From an uncultured delta proteobacterium (GTDB lineage Bacteria; Myxococcota_A; Polyangia; Fen-1088): 64,000 nt of DNA. Position 1 is the stretch's first letter; each line of letters begins with the position of its first letter. This document shows positions 50,020 to 59,510 of this stretch, piece by piece. The stretch spans positions 1,024,001-1,088,000 of the forward strand of contig CAVYGB010000002.1 in the NCBI GenBank assembly GCA_963767925.1. The letters run 5' to 3'. The notes under the pieces were generated by a model. The model made no database searches. It was not told the DNA's origin and worked only from the letters and a program-made list of their open reading frames with translations. A program made the position numbers and the translations under genes.

Positions 50020-51402
50020 ATGAGGTCCTGGCGGGCGCTGTATGCGCTGGGCGTGTCGCTCGCGCTGCACGTGAGCGCCACCGGCGTGGTGCTGATGACC
50101 TCGGTCTGGCAGGGGTGGCGCCTGGCCCGGAACGTCGACATCGAGCTGGTGACCAGCAAGGTGCCCGAGGTCAAGGAGCTGCCCCTCGGTCCGCCTCCGC
50201 CGCCGAAGGCCAGCGGGCCCGCCCGCCGGCGCGCCCGCCCCAGACCGCGCCCCGCCGGCGACGGCGTGCACCTCGCCGTCCAGGACGCGGGCGCCGACGC
50301 CGCACCCGATGGCGGCGCCCCCTCGGACGGCGGCGCCCCCGATGCGGGCCCGCCCTCCCCGGGACGGCCCGACGCCAGCGGGCCCCGCCCGCGCGACCTG
50401 CGCGACTACGGGCCCGAGGGCTCGCGCCTGACCGCCCTGCTGCGGCTCGATCGCCTGCGCGCCAGCCCCCAGGCCGCCGCCACCATCGCCGTCGTCGATC
50501 AACTCCTGCGCCGGCTGCCCGACCGCCGCCGCCTGATCGACGGCACCGGGCTGGACCTCTACCGCGACTTCGAGGCGCTGCTGATCGCCACCCCCAATCC
50601 GCTCGACGACGCCGTCACCTTCCTGGCGGCGCGCCACCGGCTCTCCGACGCCGACCTCATGGCGGCGCTGGCCAAGGGGGCGGAGGCGGCCGGCCGGCCC
50701 CTGGTCTGGAGCACCGAGGGCGGCCGCCCGGTCGGCGTCCGGAGCCCGCGCCGGGCCCAGGGCACCGACGCCGGCGTGCGGGTGGAGCGCGACGATCGCC
50801 TCCTGATCTTGCCCCAGCCGGGGCTGGCCATCATCGCCCCGCCCGCCTACGCCGCCCTGCTGCTGCCCGACCGCGCCGCCCGCCCGCCCGGCGCCGGCCC
50901 GGTCGACGCAGGCGCCGTCGCGGGCGCGCCGCCGGCCCTCACCGCGGAGGAGCGCTGGCGCAGCCTGGTGGCCCGCATCGACGCCGAGGACAGCGCCTTG
51001 CCCGACGGGGCCGTGCTCATGATGACCGCCAGCAACCTCCTCGGCAGCGGCGGACGCCGCCGCCCCGGCCGCGCCGCCGCCCCCGAGATCGCGGCGCCCG
51101 GCGGGCTGACGCTGCCGCCCTTCGCGACGGTCGTGGTGGGCACCGCGCCCCGCCCCTTCCTCGAAGCGACCGGCGAGTTCGCGCGCACCTCCGACGCCAT
51201 CGCCTGGGCCGAACGCTGGCCCGGCCTCAAGCAGACCCTGCTCGGCAGCCCGCTGCTGCTGCTGTCGGGCTTCAGCGCCATCGTCGCGCGCACCGAGGCC
51301 ACCCGCGAGGACGCCGCCTTCATGCTGCGCACGACCGCCAGCCAGGAGGAGATGAGACGCGTCCTGGCGACCATCGCCAACCTGATGGGCAGCGGGCGTT
51401 AG
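50020..51402 (+). CDS. Hypothetical membrane-anchored protein
   Basis: N-terminal TM (SLALH), Pro-rich linker and DAG repeats. Confidence 0.7.
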   Translation: MRSWRALYALGVSLALHVSATGVVLMTSVWQGWRLARNVDIELVTSKVPEVKELPLGPPPPPKASGPARRRARPRPRPAGDGVHLAVQDAGADAAPDGGAPSDGGAPDAGPPSPGRPDASGPRPRDLRDYGPEGSRLTALLRLDRLRASPQAAATIAVVDQLLRRLPDRRRLIDGTGLDLYRDFEALLIATPNPLDDAVTFLAARHRLSDADLMAALAKGAEAAGRPLVWSTEGGRPVGVRSPRRAQGTDAGVRVERDDRLLILPQPGLAIIAPPAYAALLLPDRAARPPGAGPVDAGAVAGAPPALTAEERWRSLVARIDAEDSALPDGAVLMMTASNLLGSGGRRRPGRAAAPEIAAPGGLTLPPFATVVVGTAPRPFLEATGEFARTSDAIAWAERWPGLKQTLLGSPLLLLSGFSAIVARTEATREDAAFMLRTTASQEEMRRVLATIANLMGSGR

Positions 51403-51500
51403 CGGCACGCGCGACCGACACTCTCCAGGCCAGTGTGGATCCGGCGCTCCCGAGGACGGGCCCGGCCCGGGTATTTCTCGCGGGCTAGGGGACTCACCCG
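51387..51500 (+). repeat. 114-bp dispersed direct repeat, copy 2
   Basis: Matches 38547-38660; includes the last codons and stop of 50020-51402. Confidence 0.92.
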
Positions 51501-51560
51501 GTTGCGGTGTTCGCCGGACACACCAGATTGGTCCCAGTCAACGACATCGGAGGAAACGCC

Positions 51561-52346
51561 ATGTTCAGGAAGCAGAGTTGGGTGGTCGCGATCGCCGGCC
51601 TGGCCGCGGGCGGGTCCAGTGCCTGGGCCGCAGACGACAGCGCCAAGGACGACAGGTTGGAAGACAAGGTCGAGACGCGCCTCAAGGCCGACACCAAGCT
51701 GAAAGACGTCGATATCGACGTCGACAGCGGGGTCGTCACCATGACGGGTGAGGTCGCCAGCCGCACGGAGCGGGCCCGGGCCGAACGCCTGGCCAAGGCC
51801 GAGGGCGCCCGGCGCATCGTGAACAAGCTCGAGATCGACAACGACAAGGCCGCCGCCGCCATCGACGAGCGCGCCAAGGAGCGCAAGGACGCCGTCGACG
51901 CCCGCGCCGACCGCCAGAAGGAGGCGATCGACAAGGAGGCGACCGTCGCCAAGGAGAAGCTGGAGCGCGGCACCGTGACCAGCACGGTGACCACCAGCGG
52001 CCGGACCGACGCCGAACGTCGGACCGACGCCGAACGCCGGGCCGACGCCGCCGAGCGCCGCGCCGAGGCCGCCGAGGACCGGGCTCGGCCCAACGAGGCG
52101 GAGAAGGTGGCGCGCAACGCGGGGGATGCCTGGATCACCACCAAGGTGAAGACCAAGATCCTCGCCGACGACATCCTCGACAAGTCGGACCTGAACGTCG
52201 ACACCGACAACAAGGGCATCGTCACCCTGACCGGCACCGTCCCCTCGGAGACGGCCCGCAACCGGGCGGTCGAGATCACCCGGACCACCGAAGGGGTGCG
52301 CCAGGTCGTCGACAAGATCGTGGTCGGGGCCCCGGTGGTCAAGTAG
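51561..52346 (+). CDS. BON domain protein (OsmY-like)
   Basis: Signal peptide; two BON domains; DAWITTKVKTKI. Confidence 0.9.
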   Translation: MFRKQSWVVAIAGLAAGGSSAWAADDSAKDDRLEDKVETRLKADTKLKDVDIDVDSGVVTMTGEVASRTERARAERLAKAEGARRIVNKLEIDNDKAAAAIDERAKERKDAVDARADRQKEAIDKEATVAKEKLERGTVTSTVTTSGRTDAERRTDAERRADAAERRAEAAEDRARPNEAEKVARNAGDAWITTKVKTKILADDILDKSDLNVDTDNKGIVTLTGTVPSETARNRAVEITRTTEGVRQVVDKIVVGAPVVK

Positions 52347-52501
52347 CCAGCCGGCAGGCGAAACCCGTACCGAAACCCTTCAGCGAAACTTCATAGCCTT
52401 TGCGCCGCCCGCGTCATAGTTCGGAAGAGCACGCGGGCGGCGCTCTTCTTCTTTTCGGGGACACATCTTCTTGCTCGGGGAGCGGCGAAGGGAGCCTGGT
52501 G

Positions 52502-53320
52502 GTGAGCGAGGAAGCGCACGAGGTGTACAGGCAGGCGGTGGCGACCCTCAATCGGGTCGAGCTGCCCTTTCTCGTGGGCGGGGCCTTCGCGCTGGCCCAC
52601 TACACCCCGGTCGCCCGGGACACGAAGGACTTCGACATTTTCGTGCGGCCCGCCGACCTCGAGCCCGTGCTGGCCGCGCTGGCCGCCGACGGGTTCTCCA
52701 CCGAGGTGCCCTTCCCCCACTGGCTGGGCAAGGCCTACGAGGGCGACATCTTCATCGACATCATCTACAGCTCCGGCAACGGGGTGGCCCAGGTCGACGA
52801 CGCGTGGTTCGAGCACGCGCCTACCGCGCCGGTGCTGGGGGTGCCCATGCGCCTGTGCCCGGCCGAGGAGATGATCTGGTCGAAGGCCTTCGTGCTCGAG
52901 CGCGAACGCTACGACGGGGCCGACGTCCTGCACCTCATCCGCGACCGCGGCGCGCACCTCGACTGGGAGCGCCTGCTGGTCCGGTTCGGACGGTACTGGC
53001 GGGTGCTCTACTCCCACCTCGTGCTGTTCGGGTTCGCGTTCCCCGGTCACCGGGCCGCCGTGCCCGAGTGGGTGATGTTGGCCCTGGCCGACAAGCTGCG
53101 CGCCGAGAGCGGGGGCGGCGGGGCCGCCGACCTGTCCGTGTGCCAGGGGACCCTGCTCTCGCGCGAGCAATATCTCACCGACGTCGAACAGCTCGGTTAT
53201 CGGGACGCGCGGCTGTTGCATGCGGACGTGAACATGTCCGAGACCGACGTCGAAACCTGGACCAGCGCGATCCCCAACCGGAAGAACAATGGCGGACCTG
53301 AACCTAGCGGCGATCGGTGA
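52502..53320 (+). CDS. Nucleotidyltransferase family protein
   Basis: VGGAFAL...RDTKDFDIFV (GG/DxD), IDIIYSSGNG and ERERYDGADV. Confidence 0.82.
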   Translation: MSEEAHEVYRQAVATLNRVELPFLVGGAFALAHYTPVARDTKDFDIFVRPADLEPVLAALAADGFSTEVPFPHWLGKAYEGDIFIDIIYSSGNGVAQVDDAWFEHAPTAPVLGVPMRLCPAEEMIWSKAFVLERERYDGADVLHLIRDRGAHLDWERLLVRFGRYWRVLYSHLVLFGFAFPGHRAAVPEWVMLALADKLRAESGGGGAADLSVCQGTLLSREQYLTDVEQLGYRDARLLHADVNMSETDVETWTSAIPNRKNNGGPEPSGDR

Positions 53321-54131
53321 CCTGCACTGCACCCGCGCCTCGCAGGGCAAGCTGCAGCCGATCTTCGCCTGCATCGCGGGCAAGGCCGACGTCCTGCTCC
53401 TCTGTGGGGACCTGACCGACAACGGCACCGCGGAGGAAGCGCGGGTGCTGGTCAACGAGCTCAGCAAGACCGTCAGCGTCCCAAAGCTGGCGGTGCTGGG
53501 CAACCACGACTACGAGTCGGCCCGCCCCGAGGAGGTCCGGCAGGTGCTGACCGAGGCGGGCATCGTCGTGCTCGACGGCGACGCGGTGGTGCTGCACGGG
53601 GTGGGCTTCGTGGGGGTCAAGGGGTTCGCCGGCGGGTTCGGGCGCCGCATGCTCGAGCCCTGGGGCGAGCCCATCATCAAGCAGTTCGTGCAGGAGGCGG
53701 TGCTGGAGTCGACGAAGCTCGAGTCGGGGCTGGCTCGCCTGCGCGTCGACACCCGGATCGCGATGTTGCACTACTCGCCGGTCGAGGCGACGGTGGTGGG
53801 GGAGTCCTCGGAGATCATGCCGTTTCTGGGCTGCAGCCGCCTGGAGGAGCCGCTCAACCGGCACGGGGTCACCGCCGTGTTTCACGGGCACTCGCACTAC
53901 GGCTCGCCCGAGGGGCGGACCCGCGAGGGCATCCCCGTCTACAACGTCGCGGCGCCGCTGCTGCGCCGGCTGCACCCGGACCAGCCCCCCTTCCGCTACC
54001 TCGCCGTCCCTCGGCCGGAGGGCGGCAACAACGAGATGGTCGAGCTGCCCGACCAGCTCAGCGCCCCGACCGCCTCCACCCGGGTCACGGCGGCGACCGA
54101 CGGCCGACCCGCGCGCTCGCCGGGGCCGTGA
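53289..54131 (+). CDS. Calcineurin-like metallophosphoesterase
   Basis: GDLH, GDLTD, GNHD, LHYSP and FHGHSH. Confidence 0.92.
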   Translation: MADLNLAAIGDLHCTRASQGKLQPIFACIAGKADVLLLCGDLTDNGTAEEARVLVNELSKTVSVPKLAVLGNHDYESARPEEVRQVLTEAGIVVLDGDAVVLHGVGFVGVKGFAGGFGRRMLEPWGEPIIKQFVQEAVLESTKLESGLARLRVDTRIAMLHYSPVEATVVGESSEIMPFLGCSRLEEPLNRHGVTAVFHGHSHYGSPEGRTREGIPVYNVAAPLLRRLHPDQPPFRYLAVPRPEGGNNEMVELPDQLSAPTASTRVTAATDGRPARSPGP

Positions 54132-54349
54132 CGCCTAGCCGGGATTATTCATCAGGCGGCAACGCTGGCGGTCGCGCGGCCACCGGCGCCGTGTTCCCGA
54201 TCGTTCCCGTTCCCGTTCCCGTTCCCGTTCCCGGACCCGTGCCCTTTCCCGTTCCCGGTTTTTCGGACTGGGGCCCACGCAATGGGCGACCGAGGGCAGG
54301 GCTGCGCCCCAGCGGCGGGGGAATAGAAGGCGAAGGGAATGTGGGCGAT

Positions 54350-54971
54350 TCAGCCGAAGGGCTGCGGCGATAGCAGCCGCCTGGCGATGCGAGCCCAAAG
54401 TGCCTGCCAGGGATGGCTGGAGGCCAGATGAAACCAGATGCGACGGGCGGAGCCGAGCACGCGCACACCGATCTCAAGCAGGCGCAGGCGGAGGGTGTCC
54501 ATCTGGGCATCGGCGAGCTCGGTGCCGTGTGCGGCGCGGCGGAGCATATACATGAGGACGTAGGCGGCGGCGTGCAGGAGCAGGCGAAACTGGTTGGCCC
54601 AGAAGCGGTGACAGCTCAGGCGGTCGGCCTTGAGCGCCGCTTGAGGTCCTTGATGGAGTTTTCGCAGGCGTCGGCTCGCTGCACGTAGCAACGGTCGTAC
54701 AGCTTCTGGGGGTCACCAGCAAGATTGGTCACCACGAAGCGAACGTTCGAGCCTTGCTCGGTGTGCTCGGCCTTGATGATCATGCGGTAGCTGCGCGGCC
54801 AGCGCTTGCGACCCGTTCCCATGGAGCGATATCGGTCAGGCCGAGGCGCCGGTCGGCCTGCCGCAGGAGCAGGAGCCCACCGTCGCTGGAGATGGGCCCG
54901 GCGTCGAAGGTCGCTCGTACCTGCCGGCGCCCCGCGAACGGGAAGTCGATTTGGCTGGTATCCTCGTGCAT
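54350..54971 (-). pseudogene. IS1380-family DDE transposase remnant (internal deletion, frameshift)
   Basis: N-terminal FDAGPISSDGGLLLLRQADRRLGL joined to C-terminal RFVVTNL, ENSIKDLK, DRLSCHRFWANQFRLLL and TLRLRLL; the central catalytic part is missing. Confidence 0.88.
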
Positions 54972-55048
54972 CGAGCGGCCCTCCTCGTCGTTGCCTTCTG
55001 GTCTCGCAACCGAAAAGCAGTGCGAGAAGTGTGCCGCTCGATTCTTCT

Positions 55049-55423
55049 TCAGCGCGATGGCTCTTCTTGCTCGCCGAGCAGCTTCGCCATCTTCGTCAGC
55101 ATCGAGACGATGCGCAGTAGAAGATCGCGTCCTGCCCCCAACGTAGCTTCGTCGCTGAGCTTCACCTTGCGGCAGACATCCAGTAGTGCAGCGCACTCCG
55201 TCGCCGACCGCAGTGCCATTCGGTAGAAGCGCGCCTTGTCCTTCCTGCTGAATTCCCCGGCCCCCTCGGCCACGTTGAGCGGCAGCGAGGTCGCCGCGCG
55301 CTGCAGTTGGTCCGCCAGGTAGGCTCGACCACGCGGCAGCTGCTCCACGATGTCGTCCGCCTTGGCGACGAACTCGATTCCCGCCTGGTACACGTCCAGC
55401 TTCTCGTGATCGAAATGGCCCAT
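55049..55423 (-). CDS. Four helix bundle protein (23S rRNA IVS protein/Avd-like)
   Basis: FDHEKLDVYQ, LADQLQRAATSLPLNVAEG, ARFYRMALRSATEC and RIVSMLTK. Confidence 0.9.
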   Translation of the reverse strand: MGHFDHEKLDVYQAGIEFVAKADDIVEQLPRGRAYLADQLQRAATSLPLNVAEGAGEFSRKDKARFYRMALRSATECAALLDVCRKVKLSDEATLGAGRDLLLRIVSMLTKMAKLLGEQEEPSR

Positions 55424-55570
55424 TCCCTGTTTTCGGCCAGCGCCTTCTCAGGTTGCGGGTACGGGGCACGGGTCCGGGAACGGGAACGGGAACGGGAACG
55501 GGAACGATCGGGGCCAGACACCCTGTTGGCGGCGTCTCGACGGCGGCGCCCCGCTGGTGAATAATCCCGC

Positions 55571-56191
55571 CTAGGACCCTTCGAACACCGGGATGATGCC
55601 GGTGTGGACGGTGAGGATCAGCAGGTCGCGCTCGGGGCTGGCCCGATATTCGTGCACGGTCCCGGTCGCCATCTCGATCTGCTCGCCGGGGCCGTAGGTC
55701 CGGCCGTCGGCGAACATGCCGCCTTCCAGGACCAGGGTCACCTCGTCGCCGAGGTGGCGGTGGCGGGGGAAGGCCATCCCGGGCTGCAGGCGCACGAAGC
55801 CGGCGTCGGCGCTGGCCAGGCGCGGGCCGGCCTGGAAGTGGATGAGGTGCATGCCCGGCAACCCCCGCTCCCAGGCGGTCGGATCGTCGATCCGGGCGAG
55901 GATCGGGCGAACCGCCTCGAGGGGAAGGTCGAGCAGGGCGGCCGCCCGGGCGAAGAAGGGGGCGAAGCGATCGACGCTCTCCAGGGTTCGCAGCAGGCGG
56001 GCCCGCTGCCCCGGGTCGGCCGTCAGCGGGGTCAACGTCTCGGCGGTGCGGGCGAAGGCGACCAGGGCCTGGTCCAGCTCCCGCGCCAGGTCGTCGGAGG
56101 TGGCCAGCGCCGCCTCGAAGCGGCTGGCTTCCTCCTCGGGCAGGAGGCCGAGGGCGTATTCGGACAGCAAGGCGATCGCTCCGGCGCTCAC
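55571..56191 (-). CDS. Anti-sigma factor with ChrR-like cupin domain
   Basis: EYALGLL N-terminus; FPRHRH.G.E..LVLEG and H cupin motifs. Confidence 0.85.
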   Translation of the reverse strand: MSAGAIALLSEYALGLLPEEEASRFEAALATSDDLARELDQALVAFARTAETLTPLTADPGQRARLLRTLESVDRFAPFFARAAALLDLPLEAVRPILARIDDPTAWERGLPGMHLIHFQAGPRLASADAGFVRLQPGMAFPRHRHLGDEVTLVLEGGMFADGRTYGPGEQIEMATGTVHEYRASPERDLLILTVHTGIIPVFEGS

Positions 56192-56784
56192 GAAGCCACC
56201 CCCGGGGGTACGACCAGGCGGTCGCGCAGGATGGCCAGGGCGCGGGCCATGCGCGACTTGACCGTGCCGATCGGGATACCCGCCCGGAGGGCGATGTCGC
56301 TGCAGCTCAGACCGTCGAAGTAGGCCAGGTCGACGACCTCGGTCAGCTCGGGGGGCAGGCCGGCGAGCTGCTGGCGGATCCGGTCGCGATCGGGGCGGGT
56401 CGCCAGCCCGTCGGCGGCGTGGGGATCGGCGGCGCGGCCGACCTGGTCCGCCAGGCGGGCCTGGCGCGCGGCCGCCGCCCGCCGGTCGAGGGCCCGCGAG
56501 CGCATGCGGGTGATCAGCCAGGCGCGCACGCTGCCCCGGGTGGGGTCGAAGTCGCGGGCCCGGTGCCAGGCCTCCAGCACCACGTCGTGCAGGAGGTCCT
56601 CGGCGGGGGCGCGATCGCCGAGGATGCGGACGCCCAGGGCCAGCAACAGCCCGGCGTGCCGGTCGTACAGGTGACCGAGCGCCTCTCGCTCGCCGCGCAC
56701 GAGGGCGGCCAGCAGCTCGGCGTCGTCGAGCGTCGCCGCGAGCTGCCCCGGTCCCTGTTCGTCCGCCCGCACCGGCATCAACAT
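56188..56784 (-). CDS. ECF RNA polymerase sigma factor
   Basis: LYDRH, AEDLLHDV, FDPTRGSVRAWL, LAYFDGLS and GTVKSR. Start is approximate. Confidence 0.92.
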   Translation of the reverse strand: MLMPVRADEQGPGQLAATLDDAELLAALVRGEREALGHLYDRHAGLLLALGVRILGDRAPAEDLLHDVVLEAWHRARDFDPTRGSVRAWLITRMRSRALDRRAAAARQARLADQVGRAADPHAADGLATRPDRDRIRQQLAGLPPELTEVVDLAYFDGLSCSDIALRAGIPIGTVKSRMARALAILRDRLVVPPGVAS

Positions 56785-57027
56785 GATGGCTCGGCGAGCC
56801 CTGGAGGCGGTCCCGGACTGCGCGGTGGACAACATGCGACGGTCACCAGCCTTCCGTACGAGCCGGCGGGGCGATCGGATCTCGGGGCCGGACATTTTTC
56901 TTCTGGCGACCGGCGCGGCCCGGCGTCGGCGGAGCGGCGCGCGTCAATCATCGCGGGGCAGCCTTGACGGGCCAGCCGGGGACAGGGGGATTGCGCGCAG
57001 CCGGGGTGAACACATCTTCGTGACGTC

Positions 57028-57468
57028 ATGGAGCAACAAACGGAGCCGAGGACAAGGAAGGTGGGAGCCGGCGGTCTTGTCGCCGTCGCGGCGGTGGCCG
57101 GGCTCCTGGGGGGCTGCGCGACCTCGTCGCTGTATCCGCCGCCGACGGCCGGCCAGATGGCCGCCGCCGAGTCGGCCGTCGCGGTGGCGAAGCAGGACGG
57201 GCAGCCGGGCGACGCCAATTCGGCCCGCCATCTGCGTCTGGCCGAGCAGCAGCTCACCGACGCCAAGCAGCTCGCCGCGGTCGACGACAACCGGGGCGCC
57301 TCGCTGATGCTGGCCCGCGCCCAGGCCGACGCCGAGCTGAGCCAGGTGCTCAGCCGCAAGGCGAAGAACGCCGCGAGCGCGGAGGAGGCCGAGCGCGTGC
57401 TGCAAGAGGTGCGCGGCGCCCCCGGTGTCGCCCCGCCAACCCCGGCGCTGCCCGCGCCGCAGCCCTGA
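57028..57468 (+). CDS. DUF4398-like lipoprotein
   Basis: Lipobox LGGC and RAQADAELS; precedes the OmpA-family gene. Confidence 0.8.
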   Translation: MEQQTEPRTRKVGAGGLVAVAAVAGLLGGCATSSLYPPPTAGQMAAAESAVAVAKQDGQPGDANSARHLRLAEQQLTDAKQLAAVDDNRGASLMLARAQADAELSQVLSRKAKNAASAEEAERVLQEVRGAPGVAPPTPALPAPQP

Positions 57469-57495
57469 ATCATCGTTTCACAGGAGGGAGCCATC

Positions 57496-58815
57496 GTGTG
57501 GTTGAAAAGCCGTCTCGTTTCCGTGGCTGCAGTCGGGGTGCTGGCTGGCGCGTGTGGACACCAGTATCCGCCCCCCCAGGAGCTGCTCACCGCCCGCAGC
57601 GCCTTCATCAAGGCCAGCGCGGGCCCCGCGCGTGAGCTGAGCACGGCCCGCCTGCGCCTGGCCAAGCAGGCGCTCGACTCGGCGGAGATGGCCTACGGGG
57701 CCGCGCCCGAGCAGGAGGTGCGCGATCGCTCGTACATCGCCATCCGCTACACCGAGGCGGCCGAGGCCGAGGCGACGGCGGCGGTGGCCGCCCAGCGGCG
57801 CGAGGAGGCGCTGCAGGAGCTGGCCAGCATGGGGGGCGAGCGGGCGGCGCAGGCCCGGGCCCAGCTCCTGGCGGCCGAGCAGCAGACCTCGCGCGAGCGC
57901 CAACGCGCCGACAGCGCCGAGCAGCAGGCAGCCAGCGAGCAGGCGCGCGCGGCCAGCGAGCAAGCGCGGGCCGATGTCGGCGAGCGCGAGGCGACTCAGG
58001 CCAAGGAGCGCCTCAGCGCCGAGCAGCAGGCCCGGGTCGCGGCGGAGAACCGCACCCGCCAGGCGCTGGCCGACCTCGAGCGGATGGGCAACGTGAAGCG
58101 GGAGGCGCGCGGCCTGGTCGTCACGCTGTCGGGCCAGGTGCTGTTCGCCACCAACAAGGCGACCCTTCTGCCCGCCTCTGAGGCGAGCCTCGACAGCGTC
58201 GCCACCGCCCTCAAGGCCCTGCCCCCGGAGTCGCCCCCGGTCGTGATCGAGGGGCACACCGACTCGACCGGCGCGCGCGGATACAACATCCAGCTCTCGG
58301 AACGGCGGGCCCAGGCGGTGCGGGACTACCTGATCAACAAGGCGGTGCCCAGCCAGCGCTTCAACGTGCGCGGCCTCGGTCCCGACCGGCCGGTGGCGAC
58401 AAACGCCAGCCCCGAGGGGCGGGCCAACAACCGCCGGGTCGAGATCGTGATCCCGCCGCCGGTGGCCAGCGAGGGTGCGAGCGGCGCTCCCGCCGCCGTG
58501 GGTGTGCAACCGGCAGCGCCGGCCCTGGGCACGACCGCCCCGCGCCCGGCCGCGACGCGCGCGCCAGACAGCCCCGGCCTGCCGAGCAGCACGGTGCCCG
58601 GCCCGGCGCCGGCGCCCCGGCCCGGTACGGAGCCGGCGAGCGCGGCGCCCACCAACGTCCCGGCAGGTCCCGATCCCATCCCGGATCTGCTGCCGCCGCC
58701 GACCCCGGGTGAGACCGCGCCCCCCGCGCCACCGACTCCGCCGGCGCCCGGCACCCCCCCGCCGCCCAGCCCCCGCTCGGCGCGCCCGGCGCCCGGCACC
58801 ACCTCGACGCCTTAG
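57496..58815 (+). CDS. OmpA family lipoprotein (DUF4398 + coiled coil + OmpA C-domain)
   Basis: LAGAC, IEGHTDS, LSERRAQAV and GRANNRRVEI. Confidence 0.92.
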   Translation: MWLKSRLVSVAAVGVLAGACGHQYPPPQELLTARSAFIKASAGPARELSTARLRLAKQALDSAEMAYGAAPEQEVRDRSYIAIRYTEAAEAEATAAVAAQRREEALQELASMGGERAAQARAQLLAAEQQTSRERQRADSAEQQAASEQARAASEQARADVGEREATQAKERLSAEQQARVAAENRTRQALADLERMGNVKREARGLVVTLSGQVLFATNKATLLPASEASLDSVATALKALPPESPPVVIEGHTDSTGARGYNIQLSERRAQAVRDYLINKAVPSQRFNVRGLGPDRPVATNASPEGRANNRRVEIVIPPPVASEGASGAPAAVGVQPAAPALGTTAPRPAATRAPDSPGLPSSTVPGPAPAPRPGTEPASAAPTNVPAGPDPIPDLLPPPTPGETAPPAPPTPPAPGTPPPPSPRSARPAPGTTSTP

Positions 58816-58883
58816 CCGAGGCCGCGCGCAGCGAGGAGACCGGCTATCATCTGCAACAACCTCTCGGGGGAATCGCTCGATCG

Positions 58884-59414
58884 ATGAACTTCGAAAAGCT
58901 CGACCGCGCCCGGATCGCCGCCGCCCTGGTGGCGGCGATCCTCACCGGCGGCGCCGCCCTCTACGGCGTCTACTCCAAGTCGCGCGAAGCGACCGCCGCC
59001 AGCTACGAGACCCTCGCCCCCGAGATCAACGAGCTCAAGGGCAACGTCGAGCAGCTCCGCGCCGAGAACGAACGCCTGCGCGAGGCCCTGACCAGCGCCA
59101 CCGGCGTGAAGGTGCAGCCGACCCCGACCGCCGAGGGCCGCACCCCCCCGCGCCGCCCGCGCCGGGCCGCCACCACCCCGGGGGCCGAGCCGACCCCCGG
59201 CGCCCGTCCCACCGCTCCCGACGCCGGCGCCACCGCCACCACCCCCGCGCCGCCGCCGCCGGGCCCGGGCGAGCCCGCTCCGCCGCCCGCGCCCGCCCCG
59301 CCTGCCGACGACCCCATCGAGGACATCAAGAAGCGCGTCCCGATCGACTTCGAGCGCGCGATCCGGGTCTGGAAGGACGTCCAGGAGATCCGCAAGAACC
59401 TCCCGCAGAAGTAG
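58884..59414 (+). CDS. Hypothetical membrane-anchored coiled-coil protein
   Basis: N-terminal TM, coiled coil and Pro-rich linker. Confidence 0.7.
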   Translation: MNFEKLDRARIAAALVAAILTGGAALYGVYSKSREATAASYETLAPEINELKGNVEQLRAENERLREALTSATGVKVQPTPTAEGRTPPRRPRRAATTPGAEPTPGARPTAPDAGATATTPAPPPPGPGEPAPPPAPAPPADDPIEDIKKRVPIDFERAIRVWKDVQEIRKNLPQK

Positions 59415-59510
59415 GCGCCCCGCGCCCCGACCGGCTGCGGCGCGCGGCCCCCACATCCCCCTCAAGCCCGCGCCGGCAAGAGTCGATGTCCCCCTCGTCT
59501 TGAGGGGCGC

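Larger units (their letters stand above)
54139..55570 (-). mobile_element. Non-autonomous IS1380-family derivative with nested inverted repeats and a four-helix-bundle passenger gene
   Basis: Left end CGGGATTATTCATCAG and right end CTGGTGAATAATCCCG; CTAG flanks at 54135-54138 and 55571-55574; perfect inner IR 54196-54244/55464-55512. Confidence 0.85.

Noticed and set aside
55049..55423. Diversity-generating retroelement (Avd-like gene)
   Set aside because: No reverse transcriptase and no TR/VR pair with adenine-specific mismatches were seen.
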